Assembly: GCA_041749475.1 (NCBI GenBank)
Contig: JBGTBD010000034.1
Coordinates: forward strand, 11,214-75,213
Reading direction: 5' to 3'
DNA: 64,000 bases
From: Rickettsiales bacterium
GTDB lineage: Bacteria > Pseudomonadota > Alphaproteobacteria > Rickettsiales > UBA998
The notes below the pieces were generated by a model. It had not been told where the DNA came from and did no database searches. It saw only the letters and a list, made by a program, of their open reading frames with translations. Made by a program: the position numbers and the translations under genes. Position 1 is the stretch's first letter. Every line of letters begins with the position of its first letter. This document shows positions 6,833-16,272 of this stretch, piece by piece.

Positions 6833-8779
6833 TCAGCCGTTTCCTTTCGAGGTGAGACCTTTTTGCACATACCGGCTGAACCGAGCCGCGAATGCCGCCG
6901 CATCCTGTATCGGCTCCCCTTCCACGATGCGCGCCTGATCGAGCAGGAGCAGACTGATATCACGCACCTCCTCTCCCTCGGGTGCCTCTGCAGAGAGCTT
7001 CGCCAGCGTCTTGACCAGCGGATGATGGGGGTTGATCTCCAGGATTTTTGCTGTTTTTTGGCGCAACTGCTTATGCTCGACGAGAAACCGCTCCATCCGC
7101 AGGTCGATATCCCCCTCCTCCACCGCGAGACAGGCGGGCGTATCGGCCAGCTTGCTTGTCGTCCGCACATCGCGCACCTCGCCGCCGAAAACGGTTTTCA
7201 TGATACTGATGAGCGCGGCGATGGAATCGCTATCGCTCTTTCTGGTCGCCTCATCCTTTTTCTCCGCAGGCGTATCCGCATCTTCTTCCAGCGGCGCAAA
7301 ACTATCGAGGTCAATATTCGCCCGCGTAATCGATTTCAGTGGCTTGCCCTGATAGTTATTGACCACGTTCACCCAGAAATCATCGACATGGTCGGCGAAG
7401 AGCAGCACTTCCACGCCGCGCTTCTTGAACCCTTCCAGCATCGGGCTGTGGCGCAGCGTCTCGACATCGTCCCCCGTCAGGTAATAAATATCCGTCTGCC
7501 CCTCTTTCATGCGGGACGCCACCTCTTCCATCGACGTCAACCCATCGAAGGAGGTGGAATAGAATCGGCAGACTTCTAAAATCTTCTCACGCGGCGAGTT
7601 GGCTTCGCACAGCCCCTCCTTCACCACCGCCCCGAAATTCTGCCAGAAACCTAGAAACCCTTCCGGGTCTTTCTCCGCTTTCTTTTTCAGCTCCGAAAGC
7701 ACCTTGCTGGTGATACTCGCTTCGATTTTTTTCAGCAGCGGATTATCCTGCAATGTCTCACGGCTGACGTTCAACGGCAGGTCTTCTGAATCAATGATAC
7801 CGCGCAGGAACCGCAGATACGGCGGAACCAGTTCGACGCTCTCATCGGTGATGAACACGCGTTTCACATACAGCTTCACCCGCGCCCGACGCTCCGGGTG
7901 GAACAGGTCGAACGGCTTGATGGATGGCACGAACAGGAGGTTGGTATAAGCCAGCGTCCCCTCCGCCTTGTTATGCAGCGTCAGCCAGGGCTCGTCCGGC
8001 GAATGAGCGACATGGTGGTAGAACTCCTTATATTGCTCATCCGAAATCTCCGACTTACCACGCGTCCACAATGCCGACCCGTCATTGACGCGCTCCGGCT
8101 CTCCCTCGCCTTTATCAAGCCAGATGGGGAAGGCGATATGGTCGGAATAGGTGCGGATGATGTGGCTCAAACGGAAACTATCGAGATAAGCCTTATGCTC
8201 CTTCATCAGATAGAGCCGCACCGTCGTCCCGCGCGCATGCTCTCCGCTTTCCGGCTCCACGGTATATTCCCCCTTGCCCTCGGACTCCCAGCGATAGGCC
8301 TGCGACTCCCCCGCCTTTCGGGAGAGGACGACGACGCGCTCCGCCACCATGAACGAGGAATAGAACCCCACCCCGAACTGGCCGATCAGGTTCATGTCCT
8401 TCCCCCCGCCGCTTGCAAGGCCGGAAATGAAATCAAGCGTCCCCGACCGCGCGATGGTTCCGAGATGCTCGACCATATCCTCCCGGTTCATGCCGATACC
8501 GTTATCGGTGACCTCAATATAATGCTCATCCGGATTGCAGCGGATGGTGATGCACAACTCGCCTTCGCCTTCCATCAATTCCGGCTCGGTCAGCCCCCGG
8601 TAACGCAGCTTATCGCACGCATCGGATGCGTTGGAGATCAACTCGCGCAGGAAGATGTCTTTGTTGGTGTACAAAGAATGGATCATCAGCTGCAACACTT
8701 TGCTGATTTCGGCGGAGAAAGTGTGGGTCTCGCTCTGTGACGGCAGAGTCTCTTCGGTTTTCTGTGCGGCCTTGGCCAT
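6833..8779 (-). CDS. htpG: Molecular chaperone HtpG (Hsp90)
   Basis: Full-length match to the HtpG pattern, including FLRELISNASDACDKLRY and GQFGVGFYS. Confidence 0.97.
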   Translation of the reverse strand: MAKAAQKTEETLPSQSETHTFSAEISKVLQLMIHSLYTNKDIFLRELISNASDACDKLRYRGLTEPELMEGEGELCITIRCNPDEHYIEVTDNGIGMNREDMVEHLGTIARSGTLDFISGLASGGGKDMNLIGQFGVGFYSSFMVAERVVVLSRKAGESQAYRWESEGKGEYTVEPESGEHARGTTVRLYLMKEHKAYLDSFRLSHIIRTYSDHIAFPIWLDKGEGEPERVNDGSALWTRGKSEISDEQYKEFYHHVAHSPDEPWLTLHNKAEGTLAYTNLLFVPSIKPFDLFHPERRARVKLYVKRVFITDESVELVPPYLRFLRGIIDSEDLPLNVSRETLQDNPLLKKIEASITSKVLSELKKKAEKDPEGFLGFWQNFGAVVKEGLCEANSPREKILEVCRFYSTSFDGLTSMEEVASRMKEGQTDIYYLTGDDVETLRHSPMLEGFKKRGVEVLLFADHVDDFWVNVVNNYQGKPLKSITRANIDLDSFAPLEEDADTPAEKKDEATRKSDSDSIAALISIMKTVFGGEVRDVRTTSKLADTPACLAVEEGDIDLRMERFLVEHKQLRQKTAKILEINPHHPLVKTLAKLSAEAPEGEEVRDISLLLLDQARIVEGEPIQDAAAFAARFSRYVQKGLTSKGNG

Positions 8780-8818
8780 AAGTGTCTCCCTCGTTATTAT
8801 TGTGACTGATTTTGGTTC

Positions 8819-8847
8819 TATATGGCGGCATATATTTCCATTTCAAG
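8819..8847 (-). promoter_or_regulatory. RpoH (sigma-32)-type heat-shock promoter of htpG
   Basis: On the minus strand it reads CTTGAAA-N13-CGCCATATA, against the consensus CTTGAAA-N13/14-CCCCATNT. It lies 40-68 nt upstream of the htpG ATG. Confidence 0.6.
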
Positions 8848-8875
8848 TGCTTGTGTTTTGCGATATAATCAGCGC

Positions 8876-9778
8876 ATGCTCACAGCCCGTTTCCTTTCAT
8901 TCCTGCTTCTCCCCTTTATCCTCGTTCTGCTCTCCGCCCCGGCACGGGCAGCGGATATGGCGGACGAACTCGCCCACCGGGTCGCCTTCGGTAGCGCGGC
9001 GGATGTGGAGATATTGTTGGGTCAGGGGATTGACGCCAACACCGTCACCTCGGCAGGTACGCCGCTTACCGCCGTCGCCGCCGGCCGGTCGGACGGAGAG
9101 GCGCTGCCTATCCTGAAAAAACTCGCCGATGCCGGAGCGGATTTGAGCGCAGGCGGATCGGCGGAGGATTTCCCGCTCATCATCGCCGTGCGCAACAATA
9201 ACTACGAGATGGTGAAATTCCTCGCCGAGCGCAACGTCAATTTCAACGTGACGGATCGGAATGGCGCGACGCCGAAACAGATCGCGGAGTATTATAATAA
9301 TCAGGATATCTTGGGCCTTATCGCTGATATGGAGGCGAAGAAACAGGCGGAACTCGAAGCCCGCCGCGCCCCGGAGCGCTTCACCGAATTCTATAACAAG
9401 CTCGTCTTCGAATACTGCGCCTCGCAATATATCAGCTACTACGTCAAGTCCAAGCAGGACAAGCTGAGCGAGGAAGAAAGCCAGATCATCCTCAGCGAAC
9501 AAAATACCAAGGTGCGCGACATCATCCTCGTGCTGGCTCAGGATTTCAACGCCGACATCAATCAGTTCGAGGCCATGCGGCAGGACGTGCAGGATAAGAT
9601 ATTTAAAGAACTGGACGTGATGATTTCCAACCGCAACCGCAAAATGCGCGGCGTCGGCAAGCCTAAGGACATGAACGAACGTTGCACCCGCATCGGCAAG
9701 AAATGGCTGGCTGCCGGCGATAAAGCAGCGGAGGGGTCACCATCTTCCCCCTCTTCCAACATGCTGCCGGACTATTAA
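8876..9778 (+). CDS. Secreted ankyrin-repeat protein
   Basis: The start at 8876 gives the signal peptide MLTARFLSFLLLPFILVLLSAPARA. There are three to four ANK repeats (VEILLGQGIDANTV..., ILKKLADAGADLSA..., PLIIAVRNNNYEMVKFLAERNVNFNVTDRNGATP) and a helical C-terminal half. A TATAAT lies 7 nt before the ATG, so the mRNA may be leaderless. Confidence 0.75.
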   Translation: MLTARFLSFLLLPFILVLLSAPARAADMADELAHRVAFGSAADVEILLGQGIDANTVTSAGTPLTAVAAGRSDGEALPILKKLADAGADLSAGGSAEDFPLIIAVRNNNYEMVKFLAERNVNFNVTDRNGATPKQIAEYYNNQDILGLIADMEAKKQAELEARRAPERFTEFYNKLVFEYCASQYISYYVKSKQDKLSEEESQIILSEQNTKVRDIILVLAQDFNADINQFEAMRQDVQDKIFKELDVMISNRNRKMRGVGKPKDMNERCTRIGKKWLAAGDKAAEGSPSSPSSNMLPDY

Positions 9779-9963
9779 TCTTCATATATAACAACAACAC
9801 GTGTCTCTTCTGGATTAGAGCGGGAGTTTTACGCGCGCTTTTACATAATATGTATTGTGAATATTATGTTACACATAATGGACCGCCCTGTACAGAGTCC
9901 GTTAATACCTGTAAACTATACTGTAGATTGCAATACTTCATCTATAGATGACAGGGGGAGATT

Positions 9964-10980
9964 ATGGTTGCACGTTCGGGGGATGGTAATTTGGAAATAC
10001 ACCCAGATCTACAGGATCGATTCACATCCACCGTTGCGATACCTGAATCAATCGTCGATATAATGAGTCAACTTGCCCAAGACATCGATAGCCGCGCGTC
10101 AGAAACTCCATCTTTTGTGGCTAGACCTTCAGTACTGGCAGGACTGGGAACGAACACACCCCTTTCATCTGATCCCAGCATACCTGATGCACCGCCTCTA
10201 CCCGAAACACGTCCCGAACAAACAGGCAATCTTCGTATCGGGATGGAAGGCGAATCCGTCACCGCACTGCAAGAGAACCTGAAGAAAATGGGGTTCGATA
10301 TAGACGTGGACGGTGATTTCGGCCCTCAAACGCAAAAAGCCGTCAGACAGATGCAGGAAGCGATGGGCATCACGGTGGACGGCGTCGTCGGCCCGGAAAC
10401 AGCAGGCAAAATGGCGGAAGCGTTGAACCAGACGCCGATACCTGACATCGCGTATGAATATAATCTGATGGAAAGCGCACAAAATCCGCAGAAGCCGATA
10501 TCCGACATTATCGTTACTCCACTTGCCCCCCCTGCCCCTGAGTTGACCAACGAAATTAACCGCCGCCATGATAACGGAGATACTATTGTCCTCGGCGCAA
10601 AATCCATGCTGATCGATGCGTATCATAAAGATTTAGACGGTCAGGTCGCCGCCAATAGTTATGACTCCATCGGCGATGTAGCGAATGCGGTGAAGCGTGA
10701 CGTAGGCGGTAACGTCAGCATTCCTGATGACTTTCAGATTCCGAAAGATGTACTGAGAGGATTGCAGTTGGGCAAAGTCGTCAGCTTTGAAGACTCCAAC
10801 GGCCAAACCCACGAAATCGACCCCACCGTAAAAGACAAAGCCGCTCTACGCAGCGAGATGCAGGAATTGGCGGCAGCGATTCAGGCAGGCCCGATTACGG
10901 ACGTGGAAGCCAATTATGTTCCCATCCCATCCGGCGGCAATGCCGGAAAAGCTGCTCAAACGCCGCAGCGCGGTGGCTAA
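9964..10980 (+). CDS. Hypothetical protein with a PG_binding_1 peptidoglycan-binding domain
   Basis: GGGGGAG RBS. GESVTALQENLKKMGFDIDVDGDFGPQTQKAVRQMQEAMGITVDGVVGPETAGKM is a clear PG_binding_1 motif. I see no signal peptide and no catalytic domain. GC is lower than in the flanks. Confidence 0.65.
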   Translation: MVARSGDGNLEIHPDLQDRFTSTVAIPESIVDIMSQLAQDIDSRASETPSFVARPSVLAGLGTNTPLSSDPSIPDAPPLPETRPEQTGNLRIGMEGESVTALQENLKKMGFDIDVDGDFGPQTQKAVRQMQEAMGITVDGVVGPETAGKMAEALNQTPIPDIAYEYNLMESAQNPQKPISDIIVTPLAPPAPELTNEINRRHDNGDTIVLGAKSMLIDAYHKDLDGQVAANSYDSIGDVANAVKRDVGGNVSIPDDFQIPKDVLRGLQLGKVVSFEDSNGQTHEIDPTVKDKAALRSEMQELAAAIQAGPITDVEANYVPIPSGGNAGKAAQTPQRGG

Positions 10981-10983
10981 TCC

Positions 10984-12057
10984 CTAATCCCGCGTTTGCG
11001 TCCGGCTGAGTAGCAGGTGATCCGCCAGCACACATGCCATCATCGCTTCACCGACCGGAACCGCGCGGATACCGACGCATGGGTCGTGACGGCCCTTGGT
11101 TTCGATGGTCGTGTTCTTGCCCTGCTTGGTGATGGTGTCCACTGGCTGTAAAATAGAACTGGTCGGCTTCACCGCGAAACGGACAACGACTGGTTGGCCC
11201 GTAGAAATGCCACCCAATATTCCTCCCGCATGATTCGCCTCGAATACGGCTTTGCCTTTTTTCATACGGATAGGGTCCGCGTTCTCTTCACCGCGCAGTG
11301 CAGCGGCGGCGAACCCATCGCCGATCTCAACACCTTTGACCGCGTTGATACTCATCATCGCCCCCGCTAAATCAGCGCTGAGTTTTCCGTAAATCGGCGC
11401 ACCCAATCCCGGTGGCACACCGTCGGCGACCACTTCGATCACCGCACCGATACTCGACCCCTCTTTGCGGATTTTCAACAAATCCTTTTCCCACCGTGCC
11501 GCGGCTTTTTTATCCGGACACCAGAACGGATTTTTCTGAACTTCTTTCCAGTCCCATTCCTTCTGCGTGACCTTGTCCGCGCCCATCTGCACCATCGCAC
11601 CGCGGATGGTGACACCGGCAGTTTCCAATACTTTACGCGCAATCGCTCCCGCCGCGACGCGCATCGCCGTCTCGCGCGCCGATGACCGTCCACCCCCGCG
11701 ATAATCACGCACGCCGTATTTCATCCAGTAGGTGATATCGGCATGGCCGGGGCGGAACTTGTCCTTGATATCGCCATAGTCTTTCGAGCGCTGATCTTCA
11801 TTGAAGATGATAAGCGAAATCGGCGTCCCCGTAGTCACCCCTTCGAATATACCGGAAAGGATTTTGACCGTGTCGCTCTCCTTTCGTTGCGTCGTGAATT
11901 TCGACTGCGCCGGTTTACGTTTATCAAGGAACGGTTGGATATCTTTTTCCGACAACAGAAGTCCCGCCGGAACCCCGTCCACCACGCACCCAATCGCCTC
12001 CCCATGGCTCTCGCCCCAGGTGGTGAATCGGAATAGGCGGCCGAACGTATTGGTCAT
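10984..12057 (-). CDS. aroC: Chorismate synthase
   Basis: [32 protein letters not shown]... full-length AroC pattern. Confidence 0.97.
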   Translation of the reverse strand: MTNTFGRLFRFTTWGESHGEAIGCVVDGVPAGLLLSEKDIQPFLDKRKPAQSKFTTQRKESDTVKILSGIFEGVTTGTPISLIIFNEDQRSKDYGDIKDKFRPGHADITYWMKYGVRDYRGGGRSSARETAMRVAAGAIARKVLETAGVTIRGAMVQMGADKVTQKEWDWKEVQKNPFWCPDKKAAARWEKDLLKIRKEGSSIGAVIEVVADGVPPGLGAPIYGKLSADLAGAMMSINAVKGVEIGDGFAAAALRGEENADPIRMKKGKAVFEANHAGGILGGISTGQPVVVRFAVKPTSSILQPVDTITKQGKNTTIETKGRHDPCVGIRAVPVGEAMMACVLADHLLLSRTQTRD

Positions 12058-12069
12058 GCTGAATCCGTA

Positions 12070-12903
12070 TTATTCTTTGACGACGGAAATATCCGGTGCA
12101 TCGGTCATCTTCATCCCCACGACATGGTAGCCGGAATCGACGTGCAGCACTTCGCCCGTGCATCCCGCACCCAAATCGGACAGCAGGTATACACCCGCGC
12201 CGCCGACGTCTTCAATCGTCGTATTCCGGCGCAGTGGTGAGTTATATTCATTCCATTTCAGGATATAGCGGAAATCGCCGATGCCGCTGGCGGCCAGCGT
12301 CTTGATCGGCCCGGCGGAAATCGCATTGACGCGGATACCGAGTTCACCCAGATCGACAGCCAGGTATTTCACGCTCGCTTCCAGTGCCGCCTTGGCAACA
12401 CCCATCACGTTATAATGCGGCACATGACGTTCCGCGCCAAGATAGGTCAGCGTCACCATCGACCCACCCGGCTTCATCAGTGGATAGGCACGCCGTGCAA
12501 GAGTGGTAAAGGAATAACAGGAAATATTCATCGAATTCAGGAAATTTTCCAGCGAGGTATCGACGTATTTGCCTTTGAGTTCGTTCTTGTCCGAATAGGC
12601 GATGGCGTGGACGAGAAAGTCCAGTTGACCCCATTGTTTCTCGATTTCAACAAACACCGCGTCCATGCTGGCCGGGTCGGTCACGTCACACGGCAACAGC
12701 AGCGGCACGCCCACAGATTCAGCCAAAGGGCGCACCCGTTTTTCCAATGCCTCGCCCTGATAGGTGAAGGCCAGCTCCGCGCCTTGCGCGGCAGCGGCCT
12801 TGGCGATGCCCCACGCGATGGAGCGGTCGTTGGCGACGCCCATGATGAGGCCGCGTTTCCCTTTCATAAGGGTTCCGGTAGGTACGGTTTGGGAGTCAGT
12901 CAT
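12070..12903 (-). CDS. fabI: Enoyl-[acyl-carrier-protein] reductase (NADH) FabI
   Basis: LMKGKRGLIMGVANDRSIAWGIAKA... and YNVMGVAKAALEASVKYLA (catalytic Y/K region). The start may instead be the internal Met at 12867. Confidence 0.95.
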   Translation of the reverse strand: MTDSQTVPTGTLMKGKRGLIMGVANDRSIAWGIAKAAAAQGAELAFTYQGEALEKRVRPLAESVGVPLLLPCDVTDPASMDAVFVEIEKQWGQLDFLVHAIAYSDKNELKGKYVDTSLENFLNSMNISCYSFTTLARRAYPLMKPGGSMVTLTYLGAERHVPHYNVMGVAKAALEASVKYLAVDLGELGIRVNAISAGPIKTLAASGIGDFRYILKWNEYNSPLRRNTTIEDVGGAGVYLLSDLGAGCTGEVLHVDSGYHVVGMKMTDAPDISVVKE

Positions 12904-12953
12904 GGAAAGCGCCTGTTTTCGTCTATATTAAGATAATCTCAGGCTGAAATATA

Positions 12954-12999
12954 AAGGCTTGGAAACCGGATGCAACAGCAATCCTGATTTCCAAGCCTT
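12954..12999 (-). terminator. Hairpin terminator downstream of the lipoprotein gene
   Basis: AAGGCTTGGAAA (12954-12965) pairs perfectly with TTTCCAAGCCTT (12988-12999). On the minus strand it is followed by a T-rich run. Confidence 0.55.
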
Positions 13000-13030
13000 T
13001 TCAATCGTCAAAATGCGTTAAATCGCGAGA

Positions 13031-13543
13031 TTACTCGACAATCTGCCACGTCCCATCAGGCTGGCGGCATGCGCGACCATAGCCTTGCTCGATACGGCCA
13101 CCGACATTGATGGTCTGCGAGTATTCACGGCAATAGCCACCGCTTGCGGTCTGGTAGTAGTTCTGCGGAACGATGGTTCCGGAAACGCCGGATTGCGGGT
13201 TCTGCCACGGCAATGCTTTACCGGGCTGGGAATATTCCAGCGCCTGATTCGCCGCTTGCTGTTGATACATTAAATCAGCCCGGTCGAGCGAGGAGCCGAT
13301 GGAGTTTCCGAGCGCAGCACCAAGCAAGGTACCTGCACCGATGGCAATTGCGTTACCCGTACCACCACCGATCTTGGAACCGAGCACGCCGCCGACAACC
13401 GCGCCGCCCACCGTACCGATCACTTCTTTATTGATACCGCCGCCGGATTGCTGGCCGTAACCATTATTATAGCCCGGTTGCTGCTGGCACGCGACGAGCG
13501 TGATGCACGCCACGGAAGCGCAAGCTGCTTTGTAGAAATTCAT
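13031..13543 (-). CDS. 17-kDa surface antigen family outer-membrane lipoprotein (glycine zipper)
   Basis: Lipobox ITLVAC. Glycine zipper GTVGGAVVGGVLGSKIGGGTGNAIAIGAGTLLGAALG. C-terminal YCREYSQTINVGGRIEQGYGRACRQPDGTWQIV is as in Rickettsia-type 17-kDa antigens. Confidence 0.8.
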   Translation of the reverse strand: MNFYKAACASVACITLVACQQQPGYNNGYGQQSGGGINKEVIGTVGGAVVGGVLGSKIGGGTGNAIAIGAGTLLGAALGNSIGSSLDRADLMYQQQAANQALEYSQPGKALPWQNPQSGVSGTIVPQNYYQTASGGYCREYSQTINVGGRIEQGYGRACRQPDGTWQIVE

Positions 13544-13639
13544 AAAAACTCCCTGAGAATGTTGATTACGTATCTGGTTGATTGAACCACTCGCATGTTA
13601 TCGCCAGCTTACAAGAAAGCAAGGGGGGTCAAATGATAT

Positions 13640-15046
13640 TTATACCATCCTGATGCGTCCGCGCGTAGAACGCCATACGGTGATGATGAATAAAAGCCCG
13701 CCGATAATTGCTATCAGTCCGCCCGTTCCCATTACCCCCATCGCTGCTTTCACATGCCACGGCAACGCGTCCAGCCCGCCGATGGTCTTACGCAGCACGC
13801 CATATCCGCCCGACCATGCGAGGCCGCCCACATGCATCAGCTGCCCCACGGTCAGCACGATGGGTTGCCAACGCGCCACGCGGGTAAACTGCATGGGGCG
13901 ATAGCCGAATCGCGGCAGCAATGCCACCGCCATCCCCATCAACCCCACCGTCACCCCGACGATGGAACCATGATAATGCGCCGGAATCCGTACATTCTCC
14001 CCCGTGATCATCAGCCCGATAAGCCCGCCGGAGAAAAACAGGAATAGCGAACAGACAAGGCTCAGCGATCGTGCATCCCGCCATACCCAGCGGGAACGAT
14101 GCGCCGCCAGTGCCATGCCGAGGCCCACCAGCACGATCATCGGCGCAAGGCCGTTCCCCATAATCATCAGCTGCGTATAGAAATATTTATGTAGCGCATG
14201 ATCCGCAGGATAGGCGAATACTCCGTATAGACTTGCCACCACCGGCAACACCAGTGCCAGCAACGCCACACGGTATAATGCTTTGGATACATACACCCCC
14301 TGGCTCCGCGCCAGCCAGCACCAGCTGAGGCACGCCAATCCCGTGAAGGCGAATTGCAGGATATGCCCCCCCGCCCAGTAGAGCGTATCGTAATACGTCT
14401 CCGCATCATCGGCGTAGGACATATTCTCCAGCAGCGTCAATCGCTCTGCCGACGCCGCGAACTGCACCGCTGCCAGCAACAGGATGATGCACAGTGCGAT
14501 AGAGGTTTCAGGTAGTAGATGATGAAAATACTGCGCTTCGCGTATAAGTCTGTGGGATGGCCGTTTCCGCAATGCCCACGCGAACCCGGTCTGCGCCACC
14601 ATCAGCAGCACACCCGCCCCGAACAATGCCAGTGAGAAGAAGAATAGTGGGCTGGTCAGCATCGGGATATAATTACTCTTCAGCGCATCCGCATTCCCGT
14701 CGAACGCCGACCCGGTCATCAGCAGGATGCCAAGGATGAAACTCCCCCGCGCCGCGCTATCGAGATAGGGCAGAATCTGCCTAACGGAAGACCCCGCCAC
14801 TGTCAGCGACATCACCATGCAGGAGAAGGCAAGGAACCAGACAAGTACGGAAAGATCGACATGGATGACGAGCACGATCTGGAACAGATGCTGGAAGAAC
14901 GGATCATCCTTGATCCCCGGCGAACGCGCCGCCACCAACGCCGTAGCCAGCACCCCGGCAACACCGAGCGCCAGCACGCCGATTAAAAACCACCAGCGGG
15001 CAGGCGATTGACGAAAGTCAACGCGGGAAAACATGGGGTCTGACAT
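13640..15046 (-). CDS. Polytopic membrane protein, heme-copper oxidase subunit I-like (orphan)
   Basis: About 12 TM helices. The motifs LYWAGGHILQFAF (compare W..GH of helix VI) and RIPAHYHGSIVGV (compare AHFHYV of helix X) suggest the HCO superfamily. The start is uncertain (15046, 15034 or 15097). Confidence 0.45.
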   Translation of the reverse strand: MSDPMFSRVDFRQSPARWWFLIGVLALGVAGVLATALVAARSPGIKDDPFFQHLFQIVLVIHVDLSVLVWFLAFSCMVMSLTVAGSSVRQILPYLDSAARGSFILGILLMTGSAFDGNADALKSNYIPMLTSPLFFFSLALFGAGVLLMVAQTGFAWALRKRPSHRLIREAQYFHHLLPETSIALCIILLLAAVQFAASAERLTLLENMSYADDAETYYDTLYWAGGHILQFAFTGLACLSWCWLARSQGVYVSKALYRVALLALVLPVVASLYGVFAYPADHALHKYFYTQLMIMGNGLAPMIVLVGLGMALAAHRSRWVWRDARSLSLVCSLFLFFSGGLIGLMITGENVRIPAHYHGSIVGVTVGLMGMAVALLPRFGYRPMQFTRVARWQPIVLTVGQLMHVGGLAWSGGYGVLRKTIGGLDALPWHVKAAMGVMGTGGLIAIIGGLLFIITVWRSTRGRIRMV

Positions 15047-15142
15047 GATAATCGTATGCATACACAATATATTGGCGGTGTCCATCCCGGAGTGCATCTA
15101 TTCCTTGCATCCCCTCCTCATCCTTACTATAAGGGCTGTGAA

Positions 15143-16270
15143 ATGACTCAGCACCCCCCTTATGCGCCGGCGCGCACCTGGCTGGTCGCCTGTTATCTCT
15201 GTGTTTTTCTCATGGTGCTGATAGGTGGGCTGACGCGGCTGACGGAATCGGGACTCTCCATCGTCGAATGGAAACCGGTAACGGGCGCGCTCCCTCCGTT
15301 GACTACCCAAAGCTGGGAAGCAGAATTCGCCGCCTACAAATCCTCCCCCCAATATGTAAAGGTCAATAAAGGGATGACGCTGGGCGATTTCCAGAACATC
15401 TACTGGCTGGAATATATCCACCGCCTGATGGGCCGCATCACCGGCTTCGTCTTCCTCCTCCCCCTCCTCTATTACGCGGCATACCGTCGCTATGGCGGCT
15501 GGCTGATGGTACGGATGGCACAGCTTACCGTCCTCGTCGGCGCACAAGGCGCGATCGGCTGGTTCATGGTTAAAAGCGGCCTCGTCGATGCCCCTTACGT
15601 CAGCCCCTTCCGGCTGGCGCTGCACCTGTTCGTGGCCTTCACCGTCGGCGCATTGCTGGTGACGACGGCCATACGCTGGCGCGAACAGCATACTCCGGAA
15701 ACATCACCGCTCTCTTCTGGGGGGGAAGCCTCTATGCTGGTGTTTTCGTTTTTCGTTCTGGCTATGGTCATGCTGCAGATCCTTCTCGGCGCACTGGTCG
15801 CGGGATATGATGCGGGCTTGGCTTACAACACCTTTCCGCTGATGGACGGGCAGTGGATTCCCGAAGGAGTCGGCAGTCTCTCCCCTTGGTATAGCAACCT
15901 CTTCCACAATACGATCACCGTGCAGTTTCAGCATCGCGTTATGGCATTCGTCGCGGCGGGTCTTGTGCTCGCCCATTATATCGTCCTGCGCCGCTCTGGC
16001 CAAAGGGTAGCGACCCGCCTCGCCCTTATCGCTACCTGTATCGTAATAATACAAATGGCGGTAGGCATCTTAACCCTCATTCACATCGTTCCCACAGGTC
16101 TTGCAAGTCTGCATCAAATGATTGCTTTTTTATTATTCAGTTTTTGCGCCGCCAGTACCTATCTGCTATATTCTGCGCGCAGGAATAAACTGGCGTTAGC
16201 ACCACCGCCGCATCGCGGCAAACATGTATATGAATCCTATGCTGACTCCCTAGACCCGCGAAAGTTGTGA
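15143..16270 (+). CDS. ctaA: Heme A synthase (COX15/CtaA)
   Basis: [46 protein letters not shown]... plus the HR/HQ histidine motifs of COX15-type CtaA. The start was chosen at MTQHPPY. Confidence 0.9.
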   Translation: MTQHPPYAPARTWLVACYLCVFLMVLIGGLTRLTESGLSIVEWKPVTGALPPLTTQSWEAEFAAYKSSPQYVKVNKGMTLGDFQNIYWLEYIHRLMGRITGFVFLLPLLYYAAYRRYGGWLMVRMAQLTVLVGAQGAIGWFMVKSGLVDAPYVSPFRLALHLFVAFTVGALLVTTAIRWREQHTPETSPLSSGGEASMLVFSFFVLAMVMLQILLGALVAGYDAGLAYNTFPLMDGQWIPEGVGSLSPWYSNLFHNTITVQFQHRVMAFVAAGLVLAHYIVLRRSGQRVATRLALIATCIVIIQMAVGILTLIHIVPTGLASLHQMIAFLLFSFCAASTYLLYSARRNKLALAPPPHRGKHVYESYADSLDPRKL

Positions 16271-16272
16271 TA

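Noticed and set aside
8822-8875. Longer start (8822) for the ankyrin gene
   Set aside because: The extension overlaps the htpG RpoH promoter and buries the signal peptide. The ATG at 8876 gives a canonical Sec signal.
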